64,000 bases of DNA from positions 10,041 to 74,040 of the forward strand of contig CAZEZF010000001.1 in NCBI GenBank assembly GCA_964516495.1. Direction: 5' to 3'. The notes below the pieces were generated by a model. That model did not search any database, was not told the origin of the DNA, and saw only the letters and a program-made list of their open reading frames with translations. Positions 56,752 through 64,000 of the stretch are shown here, one piece after another. Made by a program: the position numbers and the translations under genes. Source of the DNA: an uncultured Acidimicrobiia bacterium (GTDB taxonomy: Bacteria; Actinomycetota; Acidimicrobiia; Spongiisociales; Spongiisociaceae). The stretch's first letter is position 1. Each line of letters starts with the position of its first letter.

Positions 56752-56956
56752 CTAGCCCTTATGCTTCTTCACGTCCCAGACACACCGAACCCGAAAAGGC
56801 CACGTCAAGCGCAGTATCGCGGCCCGTCGGGAGATCCCCCTACGGGTCGCTCTCCGATCAGGCGAGGCTGCGACGTAGCTATCCTCCCAGGTCAGAGAGT
56901 TCACCGCATCTCCCTCGGTTACCCATTCAAACCCCTGCGTGAAAACCTGGGGCTAA
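56752..56956 (-). repeat. interspersed repeat family copy F (reverse orientation)
   Basis: Reverse complement reads ttagccccaggttttcacGCAGGGGTTTGAATGGGTAACCGAGGGAG...GCTTGACGTGGCCTTTTCGGGTTCGGTGTGTCTGGGACGTGAAGAAGCATAAGGGCTAG. It lies between the M24 peptidase start (56718) and the ADH stop (56953). Confidence 0.85.
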
Positions 56957-58062
56957 TCCTCGGTGTTGTTCGAGGCCGGACGGGTCCGGGAGGCCCAAGG
57001 ATCAACCAAGGTCTTGATCCGCTCGGGTTTCCCTCGCGCCATCGGTTCGAGCCCGTTAGACACTATCGATCCGAGGGGAAGAGCAACGGGCGCTACGTCG
57101 GACCATCCTCCGGGCCTGTTCGCAACCAGACAGGCTGCGTCGGCGAAGTCGTGCTCGAAGACGTGGGCATTGGAACCCACCAGTCGAAGCTCCCGGAGGG
57201 TTAGAGAGCGAACGTCAACCGGAACCGGGTCGGCGCCGAGCCCGATAGCGACAACCCGACCGCGCGGCTCGATCACTTCCAGCGCGGCTCCCAAAACAGA
57301 GGGCGCTCCGGTGACCTCGTAGACAACCTTCGCCGGGCCGCCCAACGCATCGATGAGCCGGGGGGCGAGAGGCTCTTCCCGACGTACCGTGATTGTCGAT
57401 TCGGCGCCCAACGATCGGGCAACAGCCAACCTCTGCGAGTCGAGGTCGACCGCCAGCACCCGGGCGCCCGAACTGGCGGCCGCGTAGATGAGGAACGCGC
57501 CCACCCCTCCGGCGCCGATCACCACGACCGGGTCGCCCGGGGAGGCCTTGCCCTGCCGGTAGGAGTGGAGTCCGATTGACATCGGCTGCACCAGGGCGGC
57601 GAGGTCATCGTTCAGACCCAGACTTCCCACCTCCAGGCATATAGCCGCCGGAACGGTTATGTATTCGGCCAGCGCGCCATGTCGTTGAAGACCCAGGGTG
57701 AAGTACCGATCACAGAAGTTGCTGACTCCGGCGCGGCACCGTGGGCAATCTCCGCAGGACACCCCGGCGCCGGAGGCGACCAGAGCGTTGTCGGGGAACC
57801 CGTCGACTCCCCGCCCTCGATCCACCACCCGGCCACCGAACTCATGACCGGGGATTATCGGCCCTTCGTGGCCGGATCGTCGGTTAGGCGCCGTCAAAGG
57901 GAACATCAACGGTCCGTGATCCCACTCCGAGGCGTCGGTGCCGCAGATACCCGCCGCATGTACCTCCAGAAGCAGCTCGCCGGGACCCGGAACGGGGATA
58001 TCCACATCCTCGACTCTGATGTCTCGTGCGCCGTGGTAGACGGCGGCGCGCATGGTGTTCAT
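56953..58062 (-). CDS. zinc-dependent medium-chain alcohol dehydrogenase (sorbitol/threonine dehydrogenase-like)
   Basis: GHEFGG zinc-ligand motif, Cys-rich structural-zinc loop (CGDCPRCRAGVSNFC), Rossmann GAGGVG. Confidence 0.75.
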   Translation of the reverse strand: MNTMRAAVYHGARDIRVEDVDIPVPGPGELLLEVHAAGICGTDASEWDHGPLMFPLTAPNRRSGHEGPIIPGHEFGGRVVDRGRGVDGFPDNALVASGAGVSCGDCPRCRAGVSNFCDRYFTLGLQRHGALAEYITVPAAICLEVGSLGLNDDLAALVQPMSIGLHSYRQGKASPGDPVVVIGAGGVGAFLIYAAASSGARVLAVDLDSQRLAVARSLGAESTITVRREEPLAPRLIDALGGPAKVVYEVTGAPSVLGAALEVIEPRGRVVAIGLGADPVPVDVRSLTLRELRLVGSNAHVFEHDFADAACLVANRPGGWSDVAPVALPLGSIVSNGLEPMARGKPERIKTLVDPWASRTRPASNNTED

Positions 58063-58104
58063 TATCCGCTCAATCCCTGGGAGCAGTGTGAGTAGGAAGG
58101 TCTC

Positions 58105-58890
58105 TCAGAAGAAGACCTGTTCCCCGCCGGTCAGGTTGAGGCTCGCCCCGGTGGTGAACTTCGCGTCATCAGAGGCCAGGAAGGCGGCCATCGCCCCGAT
58201 ATCATCGGCGGTTCCGAGTCGTTTCATCGGGATGGAGGCGATGTGCTCGGCGAGCAGTTCCTCCCTTTCCCGACCGACCATCCGAGCAGCCATCCCGAAC
58301 CCGGTCTTGGTCATGTCGGTAAACATGGTGCCGGGACAGATGGCGTTGACCGTGACGTTATACGGCGCCATCTCGAGGGCCATCACCTGGGTCAGACCAA
58401 CCACCGCGAACTTGGAGACCGAATAGATCCCCCATCCGGGCCAGGCCACCTTGCCGGTTTGAGAAGCGGTGTTGATGATGCGGCCCCACATGTTCTCCTT
58501 CATGATGTGGGCCGCCGCTCGTGAACAGTTGATTACGCCTCTGATATTCACGGCGAATACCCGGTCTATAACCTCTTCGGATGTGTCGATGACCTCGGCT
58601 ATCGGCTGGGCGACTCCCGCATTGTTGGCGAGGATGTCGATCCGGCCGTACTCTTCGGCTACCGAACCGAACACATCGTCTACGTGACCGCTGTCGGTGA
58701 CGTCGAGTTGGACCGCCTTGGGAGGCGCTCCGGAGGGAGCGGCGGGAAGCGATGTGGCCACTTCCGAGGCGTCCAGGATATCCGCGCATATGACCGCGGC
58801 GCCTTCGGAAGCGAGTCGGCGGGCGATTCCCTCCCCTAACCCGCGCGATGATCCCGTTACGATCGCCACCTTGTCATCAAGCCGGCCCAT
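58105..58890 (-). CDS. SDR family oxidoreductase
   Basis: TGSSRGLG (TGxxxGxG) and YxxxK catalytic motif. Start taken at MGRLDDKVAIVTG (58890). Confidence 0.75.
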   Translation of the reverse strand: MGRLDDKVAIVTGSSRGLGEGIARRLASEGAAVICADILDASEVATSLPAAPSGAPPKAVQLDVTDSGHVDDVFGSVAEEYGRIDILANNAGVAQPIAEVIDTSEEVIDRVFAVNIRGVINCSRAAAHIMKENMWGRIINTASQTGKVAWPGWGIYSVSKFAVVGLTQVMALEMAPYNVTVNAICPGTMFTDMTKTGFGMAARMVGREREELLAEHIASIPMKRLGTADDIGAMAAFLASDDAKFTTGASLNLTGGEQVFF

Positions 58891-59132
58891 ATTCAAACCT
58901 CCTTTGGTCCGCTTGTCCCCGGCGTGAACCCCCGGAAAGTCCTTGACCGCACAACATTCTATTCGCAAACCTACCGGGATGGTCTGGGGGGAAGGGTTAT
59001 CTCCTTACCCCCTATCGTAGAGGGCTACTGCACGGTTTCGACCGGACAGGCCCAAGTCCACTTCCGACATAAGTCTCCGTACAGAGTCGGGGATGTCCGG
59101 CGGTGGGTGTGCCTGGGGATGAACAGTCGGTG

Positions 59133-59416
59133 CTAGTCGCTCCGTTCGTTCAGTAATGTGGCCTGGTCGGCCAGTACGGTCACGGAGTTGTCGATGATCT
59201 GGAGGAATCCTCCCCCCACCTCGACGCTGATGCGTTCCGCTTTTGTCTCGATCTCCACGGTACCGGTCGCCAGGGCAGCCATAAGAGGTTCGTGATGGGC
59301 TAGGATGCCGATCTCGCCTTCCACGGTTCGGGCGACCACGAAACCGGCTTCCCCCGACCAGAGAACGGCCTCGGGAGAGACCACATCCACACGCATCATG
59401 GTGGTGGCGGTTACCA

Positions 59417-59417
<1 letters not shown>
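59133..59417 (-). CDS. atpC: F0F1 ATP synthase subunit epsilon
   Basis: 94 aa, beta-sandwich N-terminus (RVDVVSPEAVLWSGEAGFVVARTVEGEIGIL). Confidence 0.8.
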
Positions 59418-61745
<2,328 letters not shown>

Positions 61746-61754
61746 ACTGGAGCG

Positions 61755-63287
<1,533 letters not shown>

Positions 63288-63324
63288 CGATCGTCTCCTA
63301 CGTTTCGGGGTGAACCTTCAGGGG

Positions 63325-63858
63325 TCATCCTGTTACCCCTTCTCGCATTTGTTCGAGGCGCTTCTTTACGGAACCGTCGATCACGGTGTCACCGACGCTC
63401 GCGATCAGACCGCCCAGTATGGATTCGTCTACCACGACCCGCACCTCGACCTGGTTACCTATCCGGTTGGCCAAGCCTCTCGCCAGCCGATCGATCGTCG
63501 CGTCGTCCAGCGGGATAGCGCTTCTTACCTCGGCCACCGATCTGTTCTGTTCGGCGGCCGAGCGAGCAGTGAAGGCGTGAGCGATATCCGCCAGGTCACT
63601 GCCCCTACCCAGGCCGACGGCGAAACTCACGAAAGCCGCGGTCAGGCGGTGGGCGCGGTTGTCCAAGAGGTCGTCGAGTACAGCTTGCTTGCGTTCCATG
63701 GGTAACCGGTGGTCGCTCAAAGCCTTCTTCAAAGCATCCGTTTTTTCAAGAGCCCGGCCCAAGCGGAACAACTCGCTCTCGACCCGCTCCAGGACACCTT
63801 CTCCCCTGGCCAACTCGAAGATGGCCGCTGCGTAGCTCTGGGTCCTCATCTCGGTCAT
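63325..63858 (-). CDS. atpH: F0F1 ATP synthase subunit delta (OSCP)
   Basis: 177 aa, OSCP-like. It sits in the operon between atpF and atpA. Confidence 0.8.
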   Translation of the reverse strand: MTEMRTQSYAAAIFELARGEGVLERVESELFRLGRALEKTDALKKALSDHRLPMERKQAVLDDLLDNRAHRLTAAFVSFAVGLGRGSDLADIAHAFTARSAAEQNRSVAEVRSAIPLDDATIDRLARGLANRIGNQVEVRVVVDESILGGLIASVGDTVIDGSVKKRLEQMREGVTG

Positions 63859-64000
63859 CTAGTTACCCGACTCCAGTTCAGCCAGGTAGCTGTTGACCAG
63901 ACCCAACTGGGTCTCACGGTCCAGACTGTTCTCCACTACCTTGGTGGCAAGGTCGATCGACAGGTTGGCCACTTGCGATCGAGCGGCTTCCAACGCTCGC
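63859..64000 (-). CDS. atpF: F0F1 ATP synthase subunit b, C-terminal part (gene starts beyond right window edge)
   Basis: Minus-strand frame ending ...VNSYLAELESGN-stop at 63859-63861, immediately upstream of the atpH start. Assignment is by operon position only. Confidence 0.5.
   Translation of the reverse strand, partial: RALEAARSQVANLSIDLATKVVENSLDRETQLGLVNSYLAELESGN

Noticed and set aside
9882-56956. Considered whether the six repeats are a CRISPR array or tRNA/tmRNA-derived
   Set aside because: The units are 150-210 bp, not 28-37 bp. They are 1-14 kb apart and irregularly oriented, and no cas genes are present. The GGTTCGGTGTG segment resembles a T-arm but no cloverleaf or acceptor stem can be folded.

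Overview
High-GC (about 65-68%) chromosomal segment from an actinobacterium. It carries mycothione reductase, a PIG-L/MshB-family deacetylase and a complete Pup-proteasome locus. Almost every gene is on the minus strand.

Gene content, left to right:
- pyrG 5' end.
- An amino-sugar utilisation island of about 9 kb: nagB, ABC importer, YhfX-like racemase, M20 peptidase, ROK regulator.
- The mycobacterial-type block recN-nadK-tlyA.
- Rhomboid protease, M20 peptidase, NUDIX and GNAT genes, helY, tatC and tatA.
- A compact Pup-proteasome locus: pafC-pafB-pafA-prcA-prcB-pup-dop-mpa-trmI.
- arfB, menA, aceE, moaA.
- An orphan TadE/TadE/TadG pseudopilin trio.
- A PspC-domain histidine kinase with a LuxR-type regulator.
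- mtr (mycothione reductase).
- A second sugar ABC importer cassette with a sugar-phosphate isomerase, a VOC protein, an M24 peptidase, an alcohol dehydrogenase and an SDR oxidoreductase.
- The F1 part of the ATP synthase operon (atpF 3' end, then atpH, atpA, atpG, atpD, atpC).

The most interesting structure is an unannotated family of six interspersed repeats of about 150-210 bp. Each copy has imperfect terminal inverted repeats of about 20 bp, conserved 5' and 3' modules, a variable GC-rich central hairpin region and a promoter-like TTGACG box. All six copies are intergenic. Two inverted pairs bracket gene cassettes: the Tad pseudopilin trio and the second sugar transporter cassette. A third copy marks one edge of the amino-sugar island and a fourth sits between pafB and pafA. 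The family looks like a MITE/Correia-type element or a repeated structured RNA.

Other notable points:
- A perfect 1008-bp in-frame tandem duplication inside an ABC substrate-binding-protein gene.
- Several perfect 11-15 bp tandem direct repeats in intergenic regions.
- A low-GC operator-like palindrome upstream of a His-rich small ORF.
- A possibly frameshifted small gene.

No rRNA, tRNA, CRISPR array or transposase gene was seen.
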